From assembly GCA_951406725.2 (NCBI GenBank), contig OX597826.1, forward strand, positions 78,554,001-78,618,000: DNA of 64,000 nucleotides, read 5' to 3'. The notes below the pieces were generated by a model. It saw only the letters and a program-made list of their open reading frames with translations. It did not search any database and was not told where the DNA came from. Both the position numbers and the translations under genes were made by a program. Below, one piece after another: positions 44,346 to 57,674 of the stretch. Each line of letters opens with the position of its first letter. The stretch's first letter is position 1. The DNA comes from Octopus vulgaris. Lineage: Eukaryota.

Positions 44346-44963
44346 AACAAGAGCAATAACGACAACGATGACGACGGCGACGACGACGACGATATTCAAA
44401 AGCCACAGTCCTCCATTTTGTTAGCGGAACCGTTTAGAAAGACATTTACGCACAGACAAAAAGAAGAAAAAAAATATATAATAAAACAAAAATGAAGAAA
44501 AGAAACAACAAATAAAAATGTATAAAGATTCCCTCGTGCCGCTTTTATCTATTTCTTTGTTTATTTATTCGTTTATTATGTTATTTTGTTGTTCTTGTGA
44601 CTGACTGTTGCAATCAATAAGATATTCTGTAAGTTTCCAGTATCTAACCACCGACGCCCGCCATTACTAACATGGATGCCGTGCTTTATGCTTATGTGCA
44701 GAGAAATATATGTAACTGCGTGTATATGTAGATGTCGGCGTGCGTGTGTCTTTATGGGCGTGTATGAGTCTGGGTATGTGTGTGTGTGAAGGCGTGTGTG
44801 TGTATGTGTGTGCGTGTACGTGTGGGTGTATGTTCATGTGCGTTGGGCGAGTGAGTGTTAAATTTGTTTTTGTTCAGTGGTTATTTTGCTTGGATTGTAT
44901 GCATGCGTGCAGGTAGAAAAATAGCAGAATAGTTGTGCCATTTTATTAGTATTTGTACGTAAG

Positions 44964-45058
<95 letters not shown>

Positions 45059-45126
45059 GTTTCTACATATATACATATATGTTTATGCATGCGTATGCAC
45101 ACGTATATGTAAATATATATTTGTAT

Positions 45127-45194
<68 letters not shown>

Positions 45195-45804
45195 TTGGAT
45201 GCCTGTACATACATTTACACACACACACACACACGGTACATAGAGTGTATCTTTCCAATGTAATATGTAATATACACTTTATGTACATAGACATGCCCAT
45301 ACGTAGGAAGGAAAGATAGAATGAGAGATAAAAAGAAATAGGTAGATGCGTAGTTGCAATACGTGCATGTATATAATATATATATATATATATATATTGA
45401 TGCATAAACGGAAACGTACGTATGTTCGGATGAATAGATGGATAGCTTTGTGTGTGTGTGTGTGTGTATACATTTATTCATACATACATACACACATACC
45501 TGCACATTCACACATGAAATAAATATGTCAGCCCCATATACACTTATCTCCAGTTTGATGAAGATCTGATTTGATTGCGCTACACCACAATGATGAGGAG
45601 TCTGGGTCAATTCCGCTGACCGCGCATGCTCAAACGAACCTATCTCCACATTAATATACACAGCAGTTTTCATTATTTTTACATGTAAATATATGCGCTT
45701 GTTGTGCAGTTTGTGTCTATAGATACTCAAATCGATAGTTGTAACTACATTTGTTAATAGGAACACGTGTTTTTACACGTGTGTGTGTAGAGGGGGGTAT
45801 CTTC

Positions 45805-46020
45805 TGCCTTTTATCTTGTTCTCATTTCGTACATCAAACAGCAGCCATGCTGGAGTACCGGCTTTTTTAAAAGGTTTTAGTCAGCCCCAGTATTTTTTTT
45901 TTTGAATCTGGTACTTATTTTATCGGTTTCCTTCTCGAACCGCTACTTTAAAGGGACGTAAACAACGCAACACCGGTTGTCGAGAGACAGTGCAAAACAA
46001 GCACAAACAGACGTGTACAC
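45805..46020 (-). mobile_element. SINE family B 3' part
   Basis: GCCATGCTGGAGTACC..GAACCGCTA..GGGACGTAAAC..ACACCGGTTGTC. Confidence 0.7.
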
Positions 46021-46136
46021 ACACACACACACACACATACACGTGTATTTATATGATGATAGACAGTTAAACAGACATACAGAGAGACAGACAGGCAGAC
46101 AATCAGACAGACAGACAGACAGACAGATAGACAGAC

Positions 46137-46212
<76 letters not shown>

Positions 46213-46669
46213 GGATGAATGGATGGATGGATGGATGGCTACATACATACACACACACATACATGGGTTAATTGTTATGGCCGATCAGTTATCTCCATTA
46301 GTTTCGTACCAACATAGCGATTAATTGTATAGGCGACTCGTCAGACTCAAATGGCCGTAGTCACATAACCTCTCCACAAGATGTGTGTGTGAGAGAGAGG
46401 GAGAGAGAGAGAGAGAGAGTCATAAACCTCTCACCTATGGGTATTAACATTCTATCACTTCCTCCACAGCCTTATGATTAATTTCGAAGAAATCTTGTCT
46501 CTTGTCTTCGGTCATGTTGTCATGCCTCATCTTCGTCATTTGTCATAGGATACATTTTTGCTTCATTTTTTGCATTAATTTCAATCGATTCCCCCGATGC
46601 TGGCGTTTCTGATCATCCCAAATTCTCCTTTCTTGATTCCTAATTCTTATTTCTTCTCTCTGCACCTCC

Positions 46670-46709
<40 letters not shown>

Positions 46710-47440
46710 TATTATCTTCTCAGTTACTCTCGATCCGGTTCTCGCTGTCACGCTCTATGGTTCATATCCGACATAACACACCAAACTCCGTTTTAGCAAT
46801 AACATAATTTGAGACGCACTTAGTATTATATATTTGGTAACACCAGTGCCCAGGATATACCGTAGCACGTCTTTTATGAAGTAAGGTAGAAAAACAGTTA
46901 TCAATATATAGATATTTCGAAACGACCGAAAATTCCAAAATCCGAAAATTTCTCAATGCTGACACGCTACAAATGGAAAATTCCACAAAATGCTGACAAT
47001 GTTCCACCAATTACACATGTTATGATACATCTTACGGTACATGAGTTGCTAAGCGGAGATAATCCTGTTTCGTTTGTCTGTTTGCTTGTTTTTAGACTAA
47101 GCACAAGATATTATTTTTACATGAAATCTGAATTTCACTGCCATGTACAAAACAGTAACATGACGACGAGTGTCATTACTTCCACATTACTTTAAAAATA
47201 TAATGCTAACTTTTTAAAGTTTTCATTTTATTTGCCGGTAAACATGTTCAGAGCTTTCTTTTTATATCTTACATAAAAACCCAACACCTGTCTGTTAAAA
47301 AAAAAAAAATACAAATGGCGTAAGTGTACTGTAATCTTATAATCAAAATATGACATCAAAGATGGAGGCTGATATCGTACCTTCCTGGCAGTATAATGCA
47401 TACGAAAATATCAAAATTATATATAAAACTACATTCAGGG

Positions 47441-48375
<935 letters not shown>

Positions 48376-49589
48376 CACTGTATAACATTTTTGCTGCCTT
48401 CAGTGAAGATATGGATATTTTATTTTGATATTTTGATATCTTTCAGTTTCTTCTATATTCAGTTAGTCTCCATTTGACACTCAAACACACTGACACACAT
48501 ACGTTTAATTACACATACACACATATACATACATACTTACTTGTGTAGCCTACAACCATACAAATGTGTGTGTATGTGTAGGTGTTTGAATGTATAATAC
48601 AAATATGGATATACGTAGATATATGTGTGTGTATATGTATATCTATACACGTATATATGTATGTAATATATGTATGTATGTATGCGTATATATATATATA
48701 TATATTTACACACACCCACACACACACATGTATATGTATGTAGGTATATATATGTGTGTGTGTGTGTGTGTGTAAGCATGTAGGTATATGTATGTGTACA
48801 ACTTAGATTGCAATTGGATAAAAATATACATGTGTGTTTGAGTTAGTATGTGTGTTTTCATATATGCATTTGTATGTATACTACACACACACACAAACTC
48901 TCTCACATATCGATGTGTGCGTGTATCGTGTTATCGTGCAGTGATCTAAGATGCAATACACACACATACATACATTCGTACATGCATACACTACACACGC
49001 ACACGCACACACAAACACACAAACACACACACGTACACATATAGCCAACAACAATTTCTATTTTAAAAGAACTTGTAACCTTATCGTCTGCCGTTTCGCT
49101 GACTTTATTTATAAAATGTCGATGAAAGTATAGCATTCGATGGAGAACACTAATAACGAATAGTTTTTAGTGGTCTCTAGTAATTGGCAGCATGGTGAAT
49201 TGTTCTAACCTGTAAAGAATTTCAAGAAGTGGTGTGTGGAATTGTGGTGAAGAAAGGAGAAGAAAAGGACGGAAAGAAGCGAAAGTGAGGCAAAGATGTT
49301 TAGGGTGACTTCATTATAATGATTACATTTTGTAATCACATGATTAGTGTCGTCCATGGAAGCAAACATATTAACATATTTCTGGGTTTTCTCGGTGTTT
49401 TTTATTTTTTATTTTACTGGAACTGAAATACAAAATGATTACGTGGACATTTTATCATACAATTGTAAGACTGAAGAAGTAGGTAATATTATGCATCTGT
49501 CTCTTCCGATTTGTTCTGCTGTTGATTAAGCAATCACGAGCATGATAATTCCCGAGTCGGGGCAATCAACAGTTTGACAATTCTAGAAT

Positions 49590-49832
49590 TTATTCTTTAT
49601 TGCCCACAAGGGGGTAAACATAGAGGGGACATCGACCTCAGTGCGTAACTGGTACTTAATTTATCGACCCCGAAAGGAGGAAAGGCAAAGTCGACCTCGG
49701 CGGAATTTAAACTCAGAACGTAACGGCAGATGAAATACTGCTAAGCATTTCGCCCGGCGTGCTGACGATTCTGCCAGCTCGCCGGACGAAATACCGTTAA
49801 GCATTTTGTCCGGTGTGCTAACGATTCTGTCA
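49590..49832 (-). mobile_element. SINE family A with a duplicated head
   Basis: Full copy at 49590-49783 preceded by a second head fragment at 49784-49832. Confidence 0.85.
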
Positions 49833-50984
49833 GTATACAAATCTTTAGAAATATGTATACTGTTGTGATCAATAACCATGCAGAATACAATGGCATACAT
49901 GAGCCTACTTAATACACTGGCCTATAAGATCACTGAAAATGTAAAAAAAAGATAGAAGTGTAGAAATCACTACTAAATGGTATCGTTTCACTCAAGAAGC
50001 AACGGTTCTGTCTCCTCTATTGGATATAACATCAACAATGAGAAGGGTTACGTGTCTGTCATACACATTATTATGCTTAGGAGCCACACCTTACTGTCTT
50101 TTAAGCAAGAAAAAGTAGGACATATTTATGATAAAGCTTGTGTAAAAAGAGAGAGATGTACAAAACGATAGGATTATCGGAGCTGAATGCTGCGGGCAAG
50201 CATGGAACAAAACAACAACAGCAACAGCAACAACAAATTTAAAATAGCTGAAAAGTAATAAATTACAGACTGCGTCGAGTTGACTTCGAACTATTTATAA
50301 GAAACGACAAAAACTATTGCCTCGAATCGAAAACGCTTTTTCTCTATTGTTATTTTTGAATAAAAGTTGAATAAAAAAAATAAGACTAGCAATATTTAGA
50401 TATACATAATAGAAGTGGTTTTTGAAAATCTTGAGATATGAAGGAATCGATAAAAGCGACTGATTCTAAAGGAAGTTGGAGCTAAAGAATAGCATAAGTA
50501 AATTAGATTATTAATGAGCAGAGATAAACTGAAATATATAAAACAAAATAAATAGCATAAATCTACTTGCTGTACCGGTAATTAATTATAGTTTTAATAT
50601 AATCGTTAGAAAATTAAATTAAGTTAGATGATAGATAGGAAAATGTTTGTAGATTTCAGAGAATTACCACTGGAAATATGATTTTTGACATAATATGCTA
50701 ACTAATTACACACTCCGGGAATATTTGACAAAATATCTTCACCCAAACAGAAAACAGGAATTATTTCCACCCAACGGGAGAAGGAATCTGTGTAGATGTT
50801 AGATGTAATAGAAATGTTAATCAAATCTTTCTCAAAATACAGCTGTTTTAATAAAAAGGACTCTCTGGATAATGTAATCTTAGATACACTGCCTGAAGAA
50901 CAACACTGGAATGGTCATGGCGTAAAGCCAATGCATACGTCCTTCATTTCAATAGCCTTTACTCGGTTGCAGCCATGTTACTTA

Positions 50985-51190
50985 ACTTCTAGTAAAGAAG
51001 CACAGGACCTGAAAATCTGGGGGAAATGGTAGCTGGACCCTGGTCAACTGCTTCGTATTTTAGTGTCCCCCGAAAGGATGATAAGCAAAATCGTCTTCGT
51101 CGGAATTTGAACTCAGAACTAAACAGCCGAAAGAAAAGCAGCTCGATGTTTTCCCTAGTGTGCTAACGATTAAGCCAGCTCGCCGCCTCC
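50985..51190 (-). mobile_element. SINE family A, diverged
   Basis: CCCCGAAAGGATG..GGAATTTGAACTCAGAAC..GCCAGCTCGCCGCC. Confidence 0.75.
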
Positions 51191-51254
51191 TTGCTTTCAA
51201 GAATGATTATGTATACAATTGTTTTACTGAACAAACTTTCCGAACAAAAGTGTA

Positions 51255-51575
51255 CAGTTGCAGGGCAGAAATGAAGCGGTTCAAAGATGTATTTATTAAA
51301 GAAATATTGAAGTGTGGCCTCCATGTGCATGCGAGGGAAATATTGGAGACTAACCTACACATGTGGAGAGGGATCATCCATGGTGAAGCCCAACACCTCA
51401 GCATATCATGAACTGGAGATTTCGACGTTAAACTTGAACGTAGAAGGCCGAAAGAAGTGTTTTAAAGTGTCCTTCTTAACCAGAAAGACAACAAATGGAT
51501 TGGTCCATGACTATAGATGTGGATCCCGTTTGGGATTCTTACGCTGCCCCATGCGGACTCATAAAAGTAAAATTT
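51255..51575 (+). mobile_element. RTE-clade LINE C-terminal fragment
   Basis: KRFKDV..LKCG..WRGIIHG and CGSRLG..MRTH, followed by (GTA)n. Confidence 0.65.
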
Positions 51576-51584
51576 GGCTGATGA

Positions 51585-51629
<45 letters not shown>

Positions 51630-51693
51630 GGTGGCGGCGTCGGTGGATGTGGTGGTGGTGGTGGTGGTCGTCGTCGTCGTTGTCATCGTTGTG

Positions 51694-51745
<52 letters not shown>

Positions 51746-51828
51746 GGGTGGCGGCGTCGGTGGATGTGGTGGTGGTGGTGGTGGCCGTCGTCGTCGTTGT
51801 CATCGTTGTGGTCGTCGTTGTCATCGTT

Positions 51829-51872
<44 letters not shown>

Positions 51873-52659
51873 TGCTACTGCTGCTGCTGTTTATTGACAT
51901 TGTAGGTGGTGCTGTTTGACCAGTGGCCGATCACGGTCAAGCTCCCCCCCCCCAATGAAAGGTATTACAGCTGTGACCGTTCTTCTATTTAAGTGTTTCT
52001 AGAACTACATTATCCAATAAATCCTTCCCTTTTTTAAGACGACATCATGTGTTTTGAAGGAGAGTTGGTTACTATTTTCAGCAGGTGAGGTAACCACTTA
52101 GTCGATCCGTCTGGTAGTGGTGTGTAGCCCAGCAGTTATTGGTAGATTTGGTGATGAATGTGGTGGAGTCGGTGATGAAGGTCTTGTAATAGGGTAGCTG
52201 TTGATGGTGAGCCTCAAATAAACAATCACCGCACACACCTAGCATAAAAGGTGCTCCAGCCATGACCATACAGTCTTTTCTATGCGATCATAAGAAACTT
52301 GTGGCGCTGGAGAAAGGTAGCATTGGCCTTCAGTGTACTTAAGGAAGTGTTACTACTGCTGCTGCTGCTACTGCTGTTGTTGTTGTTGTTGTTGTTGTTA
52401 AACCACCAGACGGGTAAGGGTGATTAGGTGATGGTCTAATTTTGGTCGTCTTGTTGTAGTCGAGGGCTCTTCGTTGACGCCCGACACTACTGGGCGGTGG
52501 CCCTCGAAGTAGCTGGAGATGGAGATCTCCAGATCCAAATGCTTGGACGGCTGCTGCTGCTGGTGCTGCTGCTAGTCTAGCATGTATTGAGTACGACTCA
52601 TTAAGTGAATGATACTGATCATAATGATTATGATGATCATTATGACGGCGATTATTATT

Positions 52660-53180
52660 ATTATTGAGTGGGAGATCAGTGCATGCCATCAAAGTGACAC
52701 CAGGGTACAATTATACAAAGTCCAGTATACCCATCTGATAAGGGTACACCAAGCACATGCATCACAACTATATATGCCCGACATGGTGATCTCATATCAA
52801 GATAAACAACGCATGACCTTGTAGGTGGGGTCCAGTTAAAATTTTCTTCTGGTCAAGTAGTCCATCCCACTCAAAAGGTCCCTGAATAAGGATTGTTTAA
52901 GGATGTTGAACGAACCACCCATGTTTCCAGAGGTGAATTATTCAAACCCCAAAGAATCCCCCTCAACACATGGCTATGATGCTCCCCCACTACTTCTGCT
53001 CGTGATCAGAGATGCACATATCGTCAGCCACCAAGGGACATGCTCAACTGGTTAAGGTCAAACAACTGACAAGCAAATCTGTGGTATTGAGCAGAATATT
53101 TGCTGTTGCCCATCTTTTATACCAAAGAATGTACGCGATAACACAAAAGCCATGAGAACCACTGCCTGGTACTGCATCAG
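52660..53180 (-). mobile_element. Unclassified interspersed repeat, probably a non-LTR 3' end
   Basis: Complex higher-GC block ending on the minus strand in (AAT)n; no intact ORF. Confidence 0.4.
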
Positions 53181-53206
53181 GCAAAGCCACTGCCTTGTAC
53201 TACAAA

Positions 53207-53410
53207 GACGGCGAGCCGGCTGAATCAAGCAAAATCCTTAACGGCATTTCGTCCGTCGTCACGTTCTGGGTGCAAATACCGCCGGGGTCGACTTTGCCTT
53301 TCATCCTTTCGGGGCCGATAGAACGAATACCAGTAGAGCACCTCAGTCGATGGAATCGACATAACCCTCCCACCCAGAACTGCTGTCCTTTAGCAAAATT
53401 TGGAAATATT
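53207..53410 (+). mobile_element. SINE family A, diverged
   Basis: GACGGCGAGCCGGC..GTCGACTTTGCCTTTCATCCTTTCGGGG. Confidence 0.8.
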
Positions 53411-53563
53411 ATTATAGTTGTTGTTGTTCTTTATTATTACTCTCATAATGAACAATTCCCACTACAGATTACCTGCTTGTCCATTCCACAGTAAACCATT
53501 TTATCTCATACTGTGTGACAAGATACTTTCACTGAATAAGAGATCAAGCTCTCCCATTCGCTA

Positions 53564-53637
<74 letters not shown>

Positions 53638-53723
53638 ATAATATATAAATACATATATACATACATACATTCATAATATATATTTATATATATATATATA
53701 TATATACATACATACATACATTC

Positions 53724-53767
<44 letters not shown>

Positions 53768-53872
53768 CATACATACATTCATAATATATATATACTTATA
53801 TGCATGCATTCATAATATATATATATACATATATATACATACATTCATAATATATACTTATGTGTGCATTCA

Positions 53873-53969
<97 letters not shown>

Positions 53970-53970
53970 C

Positions 53971-54006
<36 letters not shown>

Positions 54007-54094
54007 AATACATACACACAAACATATTTAAATATATATATATATATATATATATACATACATATATACATATGTATATACATATATATACATA

Positions 54095-54133
<39 letters not shown>

Positions 54134-54678
54134 GTATGTGCATATATATGTGTGACAGTGTGTGTGTGTGTGTGTGTATAATAGATATTTGTGTGCGCCA
54201 AAAAATACATTAATGTAACTATGGTAAGTATTAAATCTTCCTTTTGTTAACGCTTCGTAAAAGTTTTCGTCCCCCTGCATTTACATATTTTGTTTATATC
54301 TGCATATATTTCGAATAGATATACATCTCTCTGTCACTTCTCCGCGTCTAGGTGTGTGCGTATGTGTATATGTGTGTGTGTATATACAGCCCATATATGT
54401 ATGCATTAATTTACGTGTTTGTAATGGTTGGTATTATTTTTTTTTGTATAAATATGTATCTAACCAGTTGATACTCAATCACGAATATATATAACTAATA
54501 ATTTCTATCTACATATTTATGACTAAAATTGTAATAGTGGCGGAACGTTGGATAACAGCATGTGTGCGCCATCTATGTATAGCTTTGTATGTATGTATCA
54601 ATGTATGTATGGGTGAATGCATGCATGCGTGTATGTGTGTGCAAAGACACACATATGCATATCTATATTTACACACAC

Positions 54679-54802
<124 letters not shown>

Positions 54803-55435
54803 CATATATATTCATATATATATATGCATACATAATGTATGAAAGGAATGTACGAGCGCTAACATCTATTAAACTATCCAAATACGTTCCGACTCTCATG
54901 TCAAACATAGCCACATGATTAACGTTAATGAAACTCCTGCCATTGGTTCTATGGCTCTGGAATCACCATAATCATATAACTGAATTTTTGATGAACCGTC
55001 TTCAAGGACAGGCTCAGAAAGAATTAGATTCACAGATTTCTGGTATTACATAGGCGTCGATCTGCGGCAACCGTCCACTTACAAGAGCCACCAGTACTTC
55101 TGAACTTTACCCAAAATGTAATGTTTCTAATCAAAGTGAACTTTTTTTTTTTTGTTTGACAGGTTATTTTTGGTTGCATTTTGTTTGTTATTTTTCGTCA
55201 ATTTTAATTCTAAAATTTATTCCCAAAAGTTAATGTGAGATAGCAGAGACGTTAGCGCGCTGGATGACTTGCTTAGCGTCACACCTCTTCCAGTCTTTTA
55301 GGTTCTGAGTTCAAATTCCCCTGATGTCGGCTTTGTTAAGAAACCTGTTGAACCCTAGACTGGATACAATCGAATTTCCCTAGTCCCTAAAATTACTGGC
55401 CTTGTGCCAAAAGTTAATAATAATAAAAATATGCT

Positions 55436-56392
55436 GTGAGTCAATGGGCATACAGAAACAAAATGCAACTGAATGAGGGAAAATTTGAGCTGATGCATTT
55501 TGGAAGAAATTCCTCACTAAAACAACCATACTCTCTTCCTTCAGGGGAACCGCTCACAGCCTCTAACAATATCAGAGACCTGGGTGTAATTGTTGATGAC
55601 GATCTCAGTTGGAGTGCACACATCAACAAGAAGGTCGATATAGCTCGTAGGATGAGTTCCTGGATCTTAAGAACTTTCCGGTCCAGAGAACAAGGTGTCA
55701 TCATACCACTTTTTTCCTCCTTTGTACGGCCACACCTTGAATACTGCTGCCCACTGTGGTCTCCTCACACAAGACAAAACATCTCCAGAATTGAGTCACC
55801 CCAGAGGGCTCTCACTAAACAAATTGAAGGCATGGCTGCTCTCGATTATTGGGATCGCCTTAAAGCCTTGAAACTTTACTCCCTCCAGCGTCGCCGTGAG
55901 CGGTACATCATGTATACGATGTGGAAAATATACCGCCAACTTTGCCCAAACGACCTAAACATTAGCTTCAAGGTTCATCCAAGACTTGGACCACGGGCTA
56001 TACGTCCCCTGCCAAATTCAAGATCACAACATACATGTACACTGCAACATAATTTCTTTTCCTCAACAGGCCCTGACCTATTTAACATTGTCCCGAGGGA
56101 GATCAAAGAGGAAAAGGATCCCATCAACTTTAAACAGAGTCTGGATAGATTCCTTCAAAGAATACCAGATAAGCTACCCATAATTGGATACAACTGACCC
56201 AACAAGAACTCACTACTTGAACAAAACTGGATACAACTGACCCAACAAGAACTCACTACTTGAACAAAACTTGACTTAAACAAAACTTTACTTAAACAGG
56301 ATTCGAATAATCCTATCAGGTGGTGCTATTAAGTTAGACATGGCTTGGACCAATCTTTGGTCGAAACATATCTAAGTTTATCTAAGTCTAAG
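55436..56392 (+). mobile_element. 5'-truncated CR1-group LINE (open 253-codon ORF2 C-terminus and 3' UTR)
   Basis: RDLGVIVD, VRPHLEYCCPLWSP, RLKALKLYSLQRRRER. 43-bp tandem duplication at 56185-56270 and a CTAAGT-repeat tail. Confidence 0.9.
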
Positions 56393-56542
56393 TAATAACA
56401 ATAATGATAATAATAGTAATAATAATAATAATAACAACAACAACAACAATAATAATAATAATAATAATAACAATAACAGTAGCAATAATAATATTAATAA
56501 TAATAAAATAATAATAACAATAGCAATAATAATAATAACAAT

Positions 56543-56605
<63 letters not shown>

Positions 56606-56608
<3 letters not shown>

Positions 56609-57382
56609 GAACGGCAGTAGCCCAACATGTCGTGTATGCCGACAACAAAATGAAACCATTGATCATGTTGTCTCCAAATGCAGTCTTCTAGCGCCTACAG
56701 AGTACCTCAATACGCATGATAGAGCTGCACAATATATTCACTGGGTAATTTGCAAAAACCTGGATTTGCCCATGAAAAAAACTGGTGGGAACACAATCCA
56801 CCTCCAGTGCTTGAAAATGACCACATCTCACTCCTTTGGAACTTTACCATTCAAACTGACAGGAAGATAGATGCACATAGGCCAGACATTATATTGAAAG
56901 ACTTCAAAGAACATGCCTCCTCATTGATATGACTGTCCCAATCGATATAAACGTATCTGTCAAGATCTACCAAAAACTGAGCAAATATAAAGATCTTGAA
57001 ATAGAAATCAGCAAAATGTGGTACCTGAAGACTAAAACAATACCTGTTGTCATAGGGGCCCTAGCAATGATAGCAAAGGGGCTGATTGCTACCTAACACA
57101 GATACCAGGAAACCCAAAAATGGCAGAAATTCAAAAGATAGTGCTCATGGGATCTGCTCATATCCTACGCAAAATACTTTCTATGTAATCTCAAGGTTTA
57201 AAACAAACATAATTTTTTTTTTTAGACATCCACTAGTACAACACCAAAAAGGAAACAACCAAATACATGGCACACTAGGCATAACAACAACGTGAACTTC
57301 CAACCCTGTTGTCTCTTGAGGTCTCACGGATAGACTTGGAGCCAATTTGTACAAATATAAAGCAAAGGTCAAACATAGACTA
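56606..57382 (+). mobile_element. Dong/R4-like RLE retrotransposon 3' part in (TAA)n
   Basis: CRVC..ETIDHVVSKC (CCHC), THD, RPDII, IDMTVP, KLSKYKDL, IPVVIGAL. (AAT)n/(AAC)n on both flanks. Confidence 0.9.
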
Positions 57383-57674
57383 ATAATAATAATAATAATA
57401 ACAACAAAGACAACAACAATAACAACAACAACAACAATAACAACAACAACAACAATAACAACAACAACAATAACAATAACAACAACATAACAACAACAAC
57501 AATAACAATGACAATAACAACAACAATAACAACAACATAATAATAATAATATTGATGATGGTGTGATGATGATGGTGATGATGAGGCGGCGTGAAGGCAT
57601 TTTGCCCGTCTTCACTTTCTGAGTTGAAATTTCGGCAAGGCCGAATTTGCCGATCATCCTATCGCAAACGAAGG

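Noticed and set aside
55436-56197. 253-aa ORF as a host gene
   Set aside because: It is the 5'-truncated C-terminus of a CR1-group ORF2 and lacks the catalytic RT core and a true start.
56330-56378. GACCA..TGGTC-GAAAC as a hammerhead
   Set aside because: No CTGANGA box; more simply the 3' stem-loop of the CR1-group LINE.
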